Shown here one piece after another: positions 36,667 to 37,275 of a DNA stretch of 37,275 nt. The DNA is from a virus (taxonomy: Duplodnaviria; Caudoviricetes). Below the pieces are notes generated by a model. That model searched no databases and had not been told where the DNA came from. It saw only the letters and a list, made by a program, of their open reading frames with translations. A program made the translations under genes and the position numbers. How positions within the stretch are numbered: the first letter of the stretch is position 1; each line of letters starts with the position of its first letter. Where the stretch lies: IMG/VR virus record IMGVR_UViG_3300025066_000069, positions 1 through 37,275 of that record, one strand, 5' to 3'.

Positions 36667-37275
36667 TGGCTCGCATCCGAACCCTGAAGCCAGAGTTCTT
36701 CCACCACGAAGGCATCGCCTCTCAGCCGTTCGCCGGTCGACTTTTGGCGATCGGGTTGCTCCAGCTGGCCGACAACCAGGGCCGACTGCGCTGGATGCCA
36801 AAGGCGATCGAAGCGCACGTCTTCCCTCACGACCCCGGTGTCGACGTCGCTGCGCTCATGGCTGGACTTGAAACTATCGGATATGCCCGCAGGTACTCCG
36901 TAGACGGACGCATGTTTGCCGTGGTGGAGAAGTTCAGGGAGCACCAGCGGATCACTGGTAAGGAGGCTGCTTACCAGTCGAAGATCCCCGCCCCGGACGA
37001 GGGGCAAGCGCTGGACGCAAGGCCGGGAAGCAGCGGGGAAACACCTGACCGCTTCCCCGGGAAACATGGCTCTGCCCAAGGAACAGGGGAACAGGGGAAC
37101 AGGGGAACAGGGGAAGAAGAACCCCCTAAGCCCCCCACGGGGGGCAAGAAGAAGTCTGCGAAGAGAGCAGCATCTACTGCCGCAAACAGGGTCTTCGACC
37201 TATGGGCAGACCTCGCAGGAGCAAAGCCGGCAGACGGCACCAAGGTCAAGACGAACAACCTCCGCAGGATCGACC
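36666..37275 (+). CDS. Phage replication initiator (replisome organiser), 3'-truncated, not in the ORF track
   Basis: ATG overlaps the Mom stop. MARIRTLKPEFF...RLLAIGLLQLADNQGR...FREHQRI...SKIPAP, then an EQGNRGTGEQG linker. Confidence 0.82.
   Translation, partial: MARIRTLKPEFFHHEGIASQPFAGRLLAIGLLQLADNQGRLRWMPKAIEAHVFPHDPGVDVAALMAGLETIGYARRYSVDGRMFAVVEKFREHQRITGKEAAYQSKIPAPDEGQALDARPGSSGETPDRFPGKHGSAQGTGEQGNRGTGEEEPPKPPTGGKKKSAKRAASTAANRVFDLWADLAGAKPADGTKVKTNNLRRID
37081..37112 (+). repeat. Tandem repeat (GAACAGGG)x4 in the initiator gene, candidate origin region
   Basis: Read directly from the sequence. Confidence 0.8.

Larger units (their letters stand above)
1..37275. mobile_element. Tailed dsDNA bacteriophage or prophage segment, podovirus-like (short tail, internal ejection proteins)
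   Basis: Gene order terminase-portal-scaffold-capsid-adaptor-nozzle-large internal proteins. Phage-type replication initiator and Mom present. No tape measure, sheath or host housekeeping genes recognised. Confidence 0.93.

Overview
The window is a GC-rich fragment of a tailed dsDNA phage or prophage with podovirus-like organisation, and it may be most of a circularly permuted genome. The + strand (1-27.9 kb) carries a 5'-truncated Dam-like DNA adenine methyltransferase with tandem variable cassettes, several small genes and a Maf/DUF115-family glycosyltransferase. These are followed by terminase, portal, scaffold, major capsid, head decoration, adaptor, nozzle, small tail proteins, ejection-type proteins (up to 1951 aa) and a holin-like protein. 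The - strand (27.9-35.7 kb) is a long, mostly translationally coupled run of small phage genes ending in a six-gene CMP-nonulosonic acid (legionaminic-acid-type) pathway: legB, legC, neuC/legG, neuB/legI, neuD/pglD-like and neuA/legF. After a divergent, structured intergenic region, the + strand carries a Mom-family DNA-modifying GNAT and a 3'-truncated replication initiator. The main candidate novel system is a phage-encoded sugar pathway plus a Maf transferase placed just ahead of the virion genes, which suggests nonulosonic-acid glycosylation of the virion or host surface. The second is the cassette-type methyltransferase. All family calls come from motif recognition by eye; no searches were run.
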